The position numbers and the translations under genes were made by a program. A stretch of DNA of 63,954 nucleotides, filler included, from Craspedostauros australis (lineage: Eukaryota): the NCBI GenBank assembly GCA_030167865.1. It is 17 parts of 17 records of this genome, joined end to end, with 100 filler letters (N's around TTAATTAATTAA, not from the genome) between each part and the next. Parts side by side here need not be neighbours in the genome. Positions count along the whole stretch, not along the records: positions 1 to 17,702 come from JALAGF010002947.1; 16 more parts are not named here. One strand, written 5' to 3'. The stretch's first letter is position 1. Each line of letters begins with the position of its first letter. This document shows, in pieces, positions 1 to 10,486 of this stretch. Under the pieces are notes generated by a model. It saw only the letters and a list, made by a program, of their open reading frames with translations, was not told the origin of the DNA and searched no databases.

Positions 1-2517
1 TGCCTTGGCCAGTGCATGTACGTGGTCTATCACTGATTGTGGCATGGGGATCTCTGTCCAGCTGCGGCGATGAATGCAGCGTCCGGTAGTCAGGCTGTAG
101 AAGACGTAGCCACCTTGGATGTTGCCGGATGGTCGCAGAGCGATTGCTCCAACGGTGCGTGGTTGCATGGAGTTATCGTGCTGTTCATGTGTTTGCGCGT
201 AGCTGCCGAATTCGATTCTGCAGTGCGCGTTGTAATCGAGCTTTCTCCCGACCACAATTTCTGCTGGGCTCATGCGCTTTGATACGCCATCAGGATGTGG
301 GAACATATTCATCCAGTAGACTGAATGATACACCATTTCAATGATGAGCGATGGTGGGTACGCCTTGAATGGTAGAGCATGGTATGTAGATCGAGTGCGC
401 TCCTTGATTGTTCGAATATAGCGCTCGACTTCCGGCACGTGTTCATCACGAGAGGTCACGTTGATGCTCACACCAACCTCAGACATGTCACCACGGAGCG
501 AGCTGAACTGGTTGTCAGTCAGCATGATACCAACCCTGAACCCTCGTTGCTTGTACAGCTGGATGATGTTCCTGAACTGCTTCACGAGCGTTGCATTCGA
601 CTCGGAGTTGAGCTTGACGACGGTTCCGAACTTGAGGTGTTTGGATACGGACACCAGAAATGGAATACCGTTCACCTTCATGATATCCGCAGAGAGCACG
701 ACGTCACGATATTGCTGCATGATACTGGCTGGCAAATGTGCGATCTTTGCTCGGACGGCCGGGGGTACCTGCCTTGTTGTCTTTCCTTTGAGTGATGGTA
801 CATCCGGACCGAAGATGAGCTCGGCAGTGCGAATGTCCTTGGTTGTGATGGGACAGTTCGGTATCATCCCATTCTTCACGTACTTGATGTAGTTGCGCGT
901 GGTTGGATGTCCAATGCGCTTCTGAATAGATCTAGCAAGTTGGGCCTGCGAGTAGTCGTAAGTGGAGAAGCTATTTTTGTTATCTTCCACTGTAGTCACG
1001 AGAGCTACTTCGCTGGGGCTTGCCATGTTCAGGTAGTACAGTCCGCGTTGGGACTCGACGAAGGTCCGGGTTGATCCATCCGGCTTGTGTACCACAAAGC
1101 TGTTGGTACCACTGCTGTCATATGTGACGCGGAACATGGATTTCACGCGGCTGAGTGAGAGGATGTTGGCCACGCCGGATGGGTGGTACCACACTGCGCC
1201 ATATCCAGGGAGTGTACCCTTCTTGTTGGTGGTGGTGGTGCCAGCGTTGCAATGGATGGTCAGGGCGGTGTCAACATCATGGATGTCGCGGATGAGTTGT
1301 GCGTTGGAGAAGACGTCGACCGTGGATTGATTGTCCAGCAGAATCCAAGTGTTGGGAATAGGGCTGTGCTTGTTGTGATTGTGGTGGTTGGTGAGGAAAA
1401 CGAACTCATCTTCATCATCCCCCACAGTCGTCGCATGGACGAGGACAGTTCCATTTGCATGGTATTTGGCATGACACTGGTCGGTTGTGTGGTTGCTGCG
1501 ACCGCATCGCTCACACTTGGTGTCGTTTTCGTGTGTGTTCACGAATGCCATGCCTGAATCCTTTGGAGTGTTGTGACTTGGAAGATTCCTTGGATCCTTC
1601 GACCAGTGGTTCAGCATTGTGAACGCCTCCGCCATGGTCTTGGGGTATCGATCATCACCTTTGAGGTAGTCGTTCTGTAGTTCTTCGATGAGGGATCCGT
1701 ACCGGTGGCGATCTGCGCCGAGGATGAAAGCAACGGCAAGGAAGCGCTGCTTGGCATCCTTCCTGATCTCCTTTCGCTCTTCCTCGCTTGGGTCTTTGAG
1801 GTTACGCTCCTTGAGGACATGAAGGGCTGCGCTGGTCACCTCTGTGACATTGGTCATGAGTGTGTCGTTCACATCGACAAGATTGATGAAGGATTCGTAG
1901 TATTCTTGTGTGGTTTGTTTTCTCTTTTGTTGGAAGGTGAGAAGGTCCTTCATGATCATGTGTGCGGCGACCAAGTGGTGTTGGTGTGTTTGGAAATTGA
2001 AAACAACACTCTTTATCATCTTGATGAGGGTGATTGTGTCCATGCTGCTGTTGGCTGCAGAGTATTCTGTCATCTCTTGTAGGCGGCTTCGCATGATCTC
2101 TGAGCACTGGCCCCAGATCAGGGCGTACACCTTTTGGAGGTCCACCTCGGCGTTGGCAAGCCGGGTGGTGTAGAGGGCATACTTGCGCTTCCACTTTTCC
2201 TTCTGAATCTCGGTGGCGTTGCTCGGGTAGTCGGCTGGCTCGGGGATGGACGGCGGCTGGAGGTTTTCAATGGCGAGTGCGACGGCTGGTCCGTATTCCG
2301 ATCCGACGTACACCTTGACTGCATCGAGTGTGCGAGTGAATTCATCGACCTGCTTGGATCGGTTCGCTACACAGTCGAAAACGAATCCCTTCAGGCCAGA
2401 GCATGCTCCTTCGAACTTGGCTGGACGCACGAACGGTGGTCGATGTGGCTTGTTTGTTTTGTTGTTGCTGTCCGGCGCTGACTTTCTCGGCACAGCCGGC
2501 TTACTCTCGGTGCTCAT
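1..2517 (-). CDS. Copia gag-pol polyprotein, 3' partial (839 codons in window)
   Basis: Manual translation from ATG 2517 (MSTESKPAV...) is in the same frame at base 1. It is absent from the ORF track, consistent with no stop being reached. Motifs: gag LIWGQCSEIMRSRL and ELQNDYLKGDDRYPKT; knuckle CERCGRSNHTTDQC; protease WILLDNQSTVDVF; integrase SADIMKVNG...TDNQF...EHVPEVERYIRTIKER; GNIQGGYVFYSLTTGR. Confidence 0.92.
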   Translation of the reverse strand, partial: MSTESKPAVPRKSAPDSNNKTNKPHRPPFVRPAKFEGACSGLKGFVFDCVANRSKQVDEFTRTLDAVKVYVGSEYGPAVALAIENLQPPSIPEPADYPSNATEIQKEKWKRKYALYTTRLANAEVDLQKVYALIWGQCSEIMRSRLQEMTEYSAANSSMDTITLIKMIKSVVFNFQTHQHHLVAAHMIMKDLLTFQQKRKQTTQEYYESFINLVDVNDTLMTNVTEVTSAALHVLKERNLKDPSEEERKEIRKDAKQRFLAVAFILGADRHRYGSLIEELQNDYLKGDDRYPKTMAEAFTMLNHWSKDPRNLPSHNTPKDSGMAFVNTHENDTKCERCGRSNHTTDQCHAKYHANGTVLVHATTVGDDEDEFVFLTNHHNHNKHSPIPNTWILLDNQSTVDVFSNAQLIRDIHDVDTALTIHCNAGTTTTNKKGTLPGYGAVWYHPSGVANILSLSRVKSMFRVTYDSSGTNSFVVHKPDGSTRTFVESQRGLYYLNMASPSEVALVTTVEDNKNSFSTYDYSQAQLARSIQKRIGHPTTRNYIKYVKNGMIPNCPITTKDIRTAELIFGPDVPSLKGKTTRQVPPAVRAKIAHLPASIMQQYRDVVLSADIMKVNGIPFLVSVSKHLKFGTVVKLNSESNATLVKQFRNIIQLYKQRGFRVGIMLTDNQFSSLRGDMSEVGVSINVTSRDEHVPEVERYIRTIKERTRSTYHALPFKAYPPSLIIEMVYHSVYWMNMFPHPDGVSKRMSPAEIVVGRKLDYNAHCRIEFGSYAQTHEQHDNSMQPRTVGAIALRPSGNIQGGYVFYSLTTGRCIHRRSWTEIPMPQSVIDHVHALAKA

Positions 2518-2550
2518 CTTTGCTGATAGAGCAAAAATCAATTGTAACTA

Positions 2551-2840
2551 TGTTGTAACAACAGCGCTCTCGCCGGTCTCTACCCGGCTTTGAGCCGAAG
2601 GACAGTTCCAGACGATGTTACTGTGTGATTGTATGGGTGGTAAATCAGATAGTTACAATTGATTTTTATGGTGTTTGTTTGCTCTCTCTCTCTTTGTTGT
2701 TGTTTGCTGTTGCTGTGATCTTATCGCTGACTTGGCGCAGCGATTGTGTGGTCTCGGTTGGTTTTCCTTGCCTGGTCTGGTCTTCGTCGGGATGCTCCGA
2801 AACCACAGGTAGACCGGGAATGTAGGTGTCTTCCCCAACA
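2551..2840 (-). repeat. 5' LTR (290 bp) of the Copia element
   Basis: Minus strand starts TGTTGGGGAAG (2840) and ends ...GTTACAACA (2551), giving 5-bp terminal inverted repeats TGTTG/CAACA. It ends 33 nt before the gag ATG. The second LTR is not in the window, so boundaries are inferred. Confidence 0.75.
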
Positions 2841-3007
2841 AACACTCTGTTCTTTGGATCATCAATACGATCCTCGCTCTCTCTCTCTCTCGGGCAATAC
2901 GAGCATTCGTATAGTATTGCGAGCGAAGACGACCAGAGCGCCATCACATTCCTGCATCAAGCTCCATCAGACTCCATCTCGATTTCCCTTCTCCAATCAC
3001 CATCACC

Positions 3008-4965
3008 ATGGAAGCATCGGCCACGCACATGATGGACGACGATGTCATTCAGTTCATCGATGACGATGACGATGACGATGACGACGAGGATGTTGTTGAT
3101 TCCGGCGATGGGATTGCGTTCATAGAGGAGGCATCCCCTGACGAAGAGGCGCAGACAGGAACGGACGCGGAGAGCGGTGATGGGGCGATGGATGTTGTCA
3201 TGCAGAATACAGCTTCGTTGGGATCACAGGATGCCATGATCACTAGCAACCACGATGGAGGACATGGAGAAGGCGACGCTGCAACAAGCTTCGGCTCCAA
3301 CACGAACGGAGATGCAACTGCTGGCCCAGATACGGCTTCTGCGGATCCCAACGGCGAAGACTCAGGTGAACGGAGCACGTCGCCGGAGCACGAGCAACCA
3401 CAGGAGCAAGAGAACCACCAAGAGGATCACCAAGAGGATCACCAAGAGAATGAGCAAGGCAACGTCCGAAATCGATTGGAAGAAACGTCACCAGATGTGC
3501 TCAACATCGTCTTCTCCTACCTGTACCTCTACGAGTTGGAGGCCGTGTCATCGTTGTCCAACAATTTGCGCGATATCGCAACCCACTCCACCCATCTGTA
3601 CATGAGCCCGACTGCCCACCCCATCCACGAGGCGGAGTTCAACCAGCTGCTCGCGCGGTTCACCAAATTGAACGTCCTGCACCTGCAAGGCCTGGGTTCC
3701 ATCGGCGACGCCAGTATCCAGATGATCAACGACAGCGAATGCTGCAACAACCTCAAGGAATTATCGCTGCGCGGTTGCGTCTTCACGTACTGGTGCTCGC
3801 ACACGTTGCAGCTGCCCAGCTTGAAGACCCTGCGGCTGTGGGGCGGCGCGATGCGTGCTTCCATCGCTCGTATCGTGCATGGCTCCGCGGCGAGCCTGCG
3901 CGTGCTTTGCATGGAGCACTGCTCCGTCGTGTGTGACAAGACCCTCAACGAGCTCGTGCCGCTCGTGTGCGATACGTTGGAGAGTCTGCAGATGACGCAC
4001 TGCATCAAGCTGCAGGGGCCGGAGCTGCGATTCACCAACCTGCGGTGCCTGCGGTTGGTGGGCGGATTCGTGCTGACGGATCTGCCCAAGCTCAAATGTC
4101 CGCAGTTGGAACATCTGGATCTGTCGGTGTGCATACGTCTGTCGTCCAAGGCCGTGCAGCGCATCTTGTCGAATCTACCGGAATTGAAGACGCTCAAATT
4201 GATGAAGTGTTCCGGATTGGAGACGCTCAACATCCCGTGCAAGAAACTGGTGTCGGTGGATGTGTCGTACTGCGCTGCCTTGACCGTCCTCATGGTCAAC
4301 TCCGTGGTGTTGAAAAAGGTGTTGGTACGTACTGTTGCAGCATGGTGTGGTGTGGGTAAAGTGCGGTCTAGCATCTTGACGCAAGAATACAGTGCGGATG
4401 CGGAACTCTGCAAGTGCGCACACATAACAGACAGGTTGCGAGCACTGCCGCGACATATACAGCACGCTTGCTTGACGACATTCGCTCGCTCACACTTTGC
4501 TGAATGCTGCTTACATGATGCTGGATTGCGTTGCAACTGAACCATCTCCCTCCACAGACAAGCGGCTGCAGCGCCTTGGATACCTTGATGGTTCGCAACA
4601 CGACCACCATGCAGCATCTGAAATTGCTGTCGTTGGCTAAATTGCAGCGTCTGCGATTGGATGCTCCAGGTTTGCAGACCTTGACGATTCGGGGATGCAC
4701 CGAGTTATCGCACGTCCATCTATTCTGTCCTCATTTGCGGCAGGCCAACATGTCGTCCAAGGATACACGCACGCAAGAGCTGTACCAGTACGAGCCTATT
4801 CGGAGGCTCGTGAAAGAAGACGAGAATGATGTCGGTGGCAATGGCAACGATGATGACATTGGTGATGCTTCCGTGAATGAAATTGGGATGGATGCAGAAG
4901 AAGCCTCCAACCAACAGGACGGAATTAAAATACAGGTTGACGGCGTCGCAATGTCACAAGAGTAG
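3008..4965 (+). CDS. F-box/LRR protein (FBXL-like) with acidic N-terminus; predicted intron 4325-4557
   Basis: F-box-like LEETSPDVLNIVFSYLYLYELEAVSSLS followed by Cys-containing LRRs (LEHLDLSVCIRLSS, LKTLKLMKCSGLETL). A phase-0 GTACGT...CCACAG intron joins ORF 3008 to ORF 4531 in frame and continues the LRR pattern (LKKVL|TSGCSALDTL). Confidence 0.8.
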
Positions 4966-5263
4966 CCTTCACATCAATGCCATACAAGCACACTCGTACC
5001 GATAAGACGCACACAAAATAAAACTGGAGAATTCGTGAAAAATACTGCAACATCTATCAGTGTGAATCGATCGTCCTTTGTGTTTCGCATGGTTGCGCGT
5101 GTGGTTGTGGCTGTGGCGTGTAATAGGGAAGGGCAAGGCAGGGTATGCGATTTCAACAACACGATGAACACCCGATGTACTCTTGTCGACGCTTTTTGGT
5201 TTGCTTTGCTTCGCTGCGACAGTTCATGTCACGCCACAACCACGGGGCATGACGACTGTGCTC

Positions 5264-6520
5264 TTAGTCGTCGAACTTGGCGCGCAATGCTGCGTACGTC
5301 TTGAGACGCACGGCGTTGATGCGGATGAATCCCTGGGAGTCGGCCGGGTTGTAATCGAAAGCATCTCCGCCGCCCTCAATGTCCATGGAGGCGAGATCGG
5401 CATTGTAGAGCGCCTTTGGCGATTGGCGACCGCGGACAATGACGTTGCCCTTGTAGAGCTCGATCTCGACCGTGCCTTCCACGTCGCGCTGGCTGAATTG
5501 GATGGAATTGCGGATGAGGTCCATCTCTGGGGCGAACCAGAAGCCGTTGTAGCAGAGGCGGGCGAATTCTGCTGCCAGGCCCTCGGTGATGCGCTTGACT
5601 TCGCGGTCCATGCAGATGCCCTCTAGGTCCATGTGGGCGGCACGCAGGAGGGTGCCACCTGGCGTCTCGTAGACGCCGCGGGACTTGATGCCCACAAATC
5701 GGTTCTCGACGATGTCGATGCGTCCGATGGCGTGCTTGCCGGCGACTTGGTTGCAGTAGAGGAAGATGTCGAGCGGGTCGGTCTTTTCGGTTCCGTCCGT
5801 CTTGTTGGTGATCTTGATGGGGACGCCCTTGGCGAATTCTAGGACGACGGTGTCGGACTGTTCCGGGGCCTCCTTGGGCGACTTGGTCATCTTGAACATG
5901 GAGTCGTCGGCGGGGCAGGAGGCGTCCTCGAGCTGTCCGCTCTCGTAGGAGGTGTGGAAGAGGTTCTCGTCGATGGAGTAGTTGGCCTTTGGCTTGGCGT
6001 CGACGGGGATTCCGTGCTTCTGGCAGTAGGCGAGGAGGTCGGAGCGGCCCTTGAAGGACTCGATGAACTCCGCGTCCCTCCAGGGGGCCACGCACTGGAT
6101 GGTGGGGCTGAGGGCCTGGCAGCACATCTCGAAGCGGACCTGGTCGTTTCCCTTTCCCGTGGCGCCGTGGCCGATGTAGGTGCAGCCCTCCTCGTTGGCG
6201 ATGCGGATCATCTCCTTGGCGATGCAGGGACGGGCGATGGAGGTTCCCAGCAGGTAGCGGCCCTCGTAGATGGCGTTGGACTTGATGGCCTCGAAGACGT
6301 AGCCCTCCACGAACTCCTTGCGCAGGTCGGTGACGATGCACTTGGTGGCCCCGACGGCCTCGGCCTTGGCGATGATGGCGCTGAAGTCCTCCTCGAACTG
6401 TCCCACGTTGGCGCAGAAGGCGACCACGTCAAATCCCTTCTCGCACAGCCATTTCAGGATCACGGAGGTGTCAAGTCCGCCGGAGTAGGCGAGGAGGAGC
6501 TTGGGTTTGCCGGTGCTCAT
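5264..6520 (-). CDS. ASS1: Argininosuccinate synthase (arginine biosynthesis/urea cycle), intronless, no targeting peptide
   Basis: LAYSGGLDTS, YLLGTSIARP, HGATGKGNDQVRFE, YSIDENLFHTSYESG, GRIDIVENRFVGIKSRGVYETPGGT; ATG at 6520 (MSTGKPK). Confidence 0.97.
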   Translation of the reverse strand: MSTGKPKLLLAYSGGLDTSVILKWLCEKGFDVVAFCANVGQFEEDFSAIIAKAEAVGATKCIVTDLRKEFVEGYVFEAIKSNAIYEGRYLLGTSIARPCIAKEMIRIANEEGCTYIGHGATGKGNDQVRFEMCCQALSPTIQCVAPWRDAEFIESFKGRSDLLAYCQKHGIPVDAKPKANYSIDENLFHTSYESGQLEDASCPADDSMFKMTKSPKEAPEQSDTVVLEFAKGVPIKITNKTDGTEKTDPLDIFLYCNQVAGKHAIGRIDIVENRFVGIKSRGVYETPGGTLLRAAHMDLEGICMDREVKRITEGLAAEFARLCYNGFWFAPEMDLIRNSIQFSQRDVEGTVEIELYKGNVIVRGRQSPKALYNADLASMDIEGGGDAFDYNPADSQGFIRINAVRLKTYAALRAKFDD

Positions 6521-6564
6521 CTTCTTATTCAAGATTTAGGGTGTTGCAATTGTTTGTTTGGGTA

Positions 6565-6670
6565 GAATGGTTGGGTGTTTGAGTGGTTGGGTGGTTGTCT
6601 GTTTGGGTGATTGGGTGTTTGGGTGGTTGGGTGGTTGTGCTTGTGGTTGTGTATAGTAGCGTGGTTGGGT
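6565..6670. repeat. Degenerate GGTTGGGT/ACCCAACC low-complexity repeat upstream of ASS1
   Basis: Repeated tggttgggt units visible at 6565-6670. Confidence 0.6.
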
Positions 6671-7313
6671 GGAGCTGAGATCGAGTTGCGTGTTCTCGAC
6701 AGGAGTTCGAGCTATGCGTCTGCGCAGAGGGGGACTGGCGTGGGTTTGGCTCCAGATGTTGATGTTGATGTCGATGTCGACCACTCCGCTCTCCATGGCT
6801 GGCCACCTGCCTCCGGAATTCAGATCCAGAATTCACCCGCACCGTCGTTCCATCGTCTCTTGATTGGTTTGCGCACATCAACCAAAGACACCATGTGACC
6901 AGATCTCGGCGACGGTTGTGGTGTTGGTTGAGTGTCGGAGAGGCTTCAGTCACGATCACTCACCTCGGCAAGATTCCATCCCATCACACAACATGCGCAC
7001 AAAAATAGAATCCGGAAATAGTATCTTCGAGTCCCGTTAGATCCGATTGCTTTCGTCTCCCATCAACCACAACTCTCGTTCGTCTTGTCACGTCTACCTT
7101 TGACATGCTACGGCGATCGCAACACGCTCTGTCTCTCCTCAGAGAGGGATGCAAACGACATTGCAGCGTTGGATCGTACTCCATGACGCAATCGCACAGA
7201 ATGTGTTGCAGAGGATGATAAAACGTGCCACATTAGATACAGAAACGGATATGGTCGACAAGGTGACAACGATTATGTGGTGAATGAACAAAAACTGTAT
7301 CTCGACATGCAGC

Positions 7314-8787
7314 CTACATGACGCAACATTCTTCATTCCCCAAGGTATCAAGCGGATTGATCTTTGGCATGCCGTCCTGATCAAGCTCCAACCCCGGCGC
7401 GATGTCATTGATTATCTCTTGCGGCGGCTGTCCGAATCTATGATTTGTTCGTGCGTGTATGGTGATGCAGAGTACGATAAATTAGAGTGTGTGTCGAGAG
7501 CAGTGCGTTTGTCAGGTAGCGTACGAGCACGACAAAGGTCAGAAATCGGGCATATTCCAGAGAGTTCGACGATACGCAGTCAATGAGAAAGCCAACCCAA
7601 GTTGTCATAGATCGACGCCTGCCTTGACAAGAGGCCACACGCATGGCAGGCAACGTCTCCACACGAGAATTTGCATCCAGAATCGTACTCATGCCATCTG
7701 CTCACAGCGTTCTTACTCTTGCACCTCCTGCATGAGCTCAATGAGATCCCTCGTATTATCGGGCTTCGTTTCGTACATCTCTACAAGCTTTTGGAAGCAT
7801 CCGCATTGCTTTTCGCGCCTGTCATGGATTGCATTGTTGGGAGTGAGCGCGTGAATGGCAAAGCGAAAGATAAACAGCAGTCACAGCAATAGTCATGTGA
7901 GAATTCAAATAGTAGAGTCATTGCAAGTCGTTCGTGCGTGCATCAACGAGCCAGCGTCACCACCAAGCGTGCACCCAAATTGTCCTTCTGTCTGTTGCAA
8001 ATCGCAAACACATCACAACCACAATATTCAATGAGACATGCACGTACATGGAATACTCCTCGGGCTCCAGGTTGTCCTTGTGGTCTTGTAGCCACTGCGG
8101 AAACTTCTGCGCGACTTGCTTCATGGGTTCGTACATCAACTCCTTCGATAAGAGCTGCTCCATCATGCCATCGATCATGGCATCGGTATCAAATCCAGCG
8201 CCGTCACCCGATTCCGCACCTTGGAACTGCTCAAACATGCTCTTCAACAGTGCGTCTTCATCGCCGTCATTTTCTATGGATGGCACATCATCTCCATTCT
8301 CCATCGTGGCGACTTTGGCCATGCCTTCCATGAGAGACGACATGGCATCATCCAAATTGTTCGGACTTTTGCGCGGCGGTTGGCGCTCATTGGTGGTACT
8401 GCCATTGCCGCTGCCATTGCCATTATACAGCAGCTTGGATTCCACCTGGCTCATAAAGTTCTTCAATCGTTTCTCTCCGTCCTCCTTGCCATCGACCGCA
8501 TCGCCGTCATCGGCTTCGATGAATGCGCGCAGCAGATTCTGGAATTCTGCCGTCGGTGACGTGTCGACGACCTTCTTTTTGATAGACGCTATCGGCGATT
8601 GCAGCGGACTGATCATGCCATCTTCCTGCCGACGCAGCTTCACGTCATCGCCCACGCTGGGCAATGCGTTGTCGCTGTGACCGCAATTGTGACAATCCGT
8701 ATCATGAGACGTCGCGTCCTCGCTGTCGTCATCTTCGTCCAGATCATCCAGCGCTGCATCGAGGATCGCATCCATTTCCGGATTCAT
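7314..8787 (-). CDS. PEX19: Peroxisomal biogenesis factor PEX19; exons 8787-8048, 7818-7717, 7437-7314
   Basis: N-terminal DAILDAALDDL; MMEQLLSKELMYEPMK...FPQWL. Two GT-AG introns give ...LIELMQEVQEFGQPPQEII... and a C-terminal CaaX box CCVM before TAG. Confidence 0.93.
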
Positions 8788-9347
8788 GGTGGCCGCGTCT
8801 CCTGTGCCTCTTCCAGATGCTTTGTCTTCGCTGCAATGCGATGCAGTGGATGTTGTGGTTGGGCTTTGTATCCTTGTTTGTTGCGCTGACTGATGTTTGT
8901 GCAGTTGTTGTGTTGTGTTGGTGTTGTTCGCTCTTGGGATGATTTTCTCCTGTTCTCGTCTCAGAATGGCGAATGGAATCAATCTGATCGAAAAAGATGA
9001 TAAAAATGGATTGGTGTTGGATGGAAGTCGTTGGAAAAGGAAAAAATAGTCACAAAACAAGATATTTTTTCAGATTGTTGGCAAAACATCAGCCATGTTC
9101 GCGGTTGTATCCGTGATTCAGGTATCTAACAAGACTCACGACCAACCACCAACCAAACTCGGAAAACGAACAACATCATTCCGACATCTCCGTCGTCGTG
9201 ACGATCGACATCGTTGTGGACCGCAATCATCATCAACATTGCCATCATCAACATTGCCATCATCATCGTCGCTATCGCCATTGGACATCAACGCAGATCA
9301 TTGCAACGCATCCATCAATTCACGCATCGGCAGTCAAAACAACAACG

Positions 9348-10232
9348 ATGAAACAAACAAGTCCAAGGAAAGCCGATGTTCGCGAGAAGAAGGCAGAGAC
9401 TGCCAACGATGATGGCAGCAAAGCTCCTTCGTCAGCAAAGAAGAGCACAAGCGGCACTCCGCAGAAGCAGAAGCAGCAACAGAAGAATGATGAGCCCATC
9501 GTGATCCGCAGATCACAGACATTACCCACCAGTCACCTCAATGCTACTGGGACGACGAAGCAGAGCAAGAAGAAGGGCCCTTCGAATGAACTGACGAAAC
9601 TCATTCCAGGATACACGGCAGAACGCACGTTGCACGCATCAGCGTTGGACAAACACCGGCTGGGAATGGATGCACTGACCCAGAAAGCGCAGGCGACGGA
9701 TCCCTCCACCAAACACTTCCTCGTGCACTCCGGAAAGCAACAGACTCACATGGCCGCCATGACCAAAACGAAGGGCGCCAGGAACAGCGGCAATGGTCTG
9801 CCCTCCACGTACCTCTCCGCCTACGCCTCCTTCAAGCAAGGCACCAAACGCATACCTGATGAGACAGCCGGTGCCGGCTGGTTCCACATGCAACCCGCCT
9901 CCCAAGCCGACGACGAGACTCTCAAAACTGATCTGGCCATCATCCGCAACCGAACCTACTTGGATCCCAAGCGCTTTTACAAATCGGCCGACATGTCGTC
10001 CAAGTACGTACAGCGTGGCACCGTTATTGAAGGTTCCGGCGAGTATTACTCGGCGCGCATGGCGAAGAAGCAACGTCGTGCCAATTTGGCCGAGGAGATG
10101 CTGGCCGATGACACGGCAACCGGCTACGCCAAGCGCAAATTCAAGAAGATGCAGCAAGAGCAGGATGCGGCCGCTCTGCGGCGCAAGCAGTCCAATCGGC
10201 GTCGCAAGGGTGGTAAGCGGGGGTTTGCATGA
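9348..10232 (+). CDS. FCF2: Fcf2 pre-rRNA processing protein (DNTTIP2-like)
   Basis: TAGAGWFHM...DLAIIRNRTYLDPKRFYK...QRGTVIEGSGEYYSARMAKKQR; basic C-terminus; first in-frame ATG at 9348. Confidence 0.88.
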   Translation: MKQTSPRKADVREKKAETANDDGSKAPSSAKKSTSGTPQKQKQQQKNDEPIVIRRSQTLPTSHLNATGTTKQSKKKGPSNELTKLIPGYTAERTLHASALDKHRLGMDALTQKAQATDPSTKHFLVHSGKQQTHMAAMTKTKGARNSGNGLPSTYLSAYASFKQGTKRIPDETAGAGWFHMQPASQADDETLKTDLAIIRNRTYLDPKRFYKSADMSSKYVQRGTVIEGSGEYYSARMAKKQRRANLAEEMLADDTATGYAKRKFKKMQQEQDAAALRRKQSNRRRKGGKRGFA

Positions 10233-10486
10233 GAGGCGAACTGTGGTCGCCACCCTCCGCGCCTGCATGCGTAATGGTGCGATCGTCCAAAAATGTTGCG
10301 CTTCGATGGAATAGTAGTACGAGTGGTGGTGGCTCAAAACCATAAAACAAAGTTTCAGTTGGCACTCTCTAATGTGCAGTATCATCATCTGCCTGTGCAG
10401 GCTTCTTGTGTTTTGCCGCTGCAATTGTCCACTTCACATTCCATGAAAACAAAGCTACCTTGAAAATGTGCAGTGCGAGCATTGCT

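Larger units (their letters stand above)
1..2840 (-). mobile_element. Ty1/Copia LTR retrotransposon (diatom CoDi-I-like), 5' part: LTR + gag-PR-IN; RT/RH and 3' LTR lie outside the window
   Basis: LTR TGTTG...CAACA at 2840-2551, followed by a long minus-strand reading frame in Copia order (gag, zinc knuckle, protease, integrase). Confidence 0.92.

Noticed and set aside
37..2593. Plus-strand ORFs listed over 1-2.6 kb
   Set aside because: Antisense shadows of the minus-strand Copia gag-pol.
6565..6670. GGTTGGGT tract as a telomeric repeat
   Set aside because: Degenerate, internal, not TTAGGG-type, and lies just upstream of ASS1.
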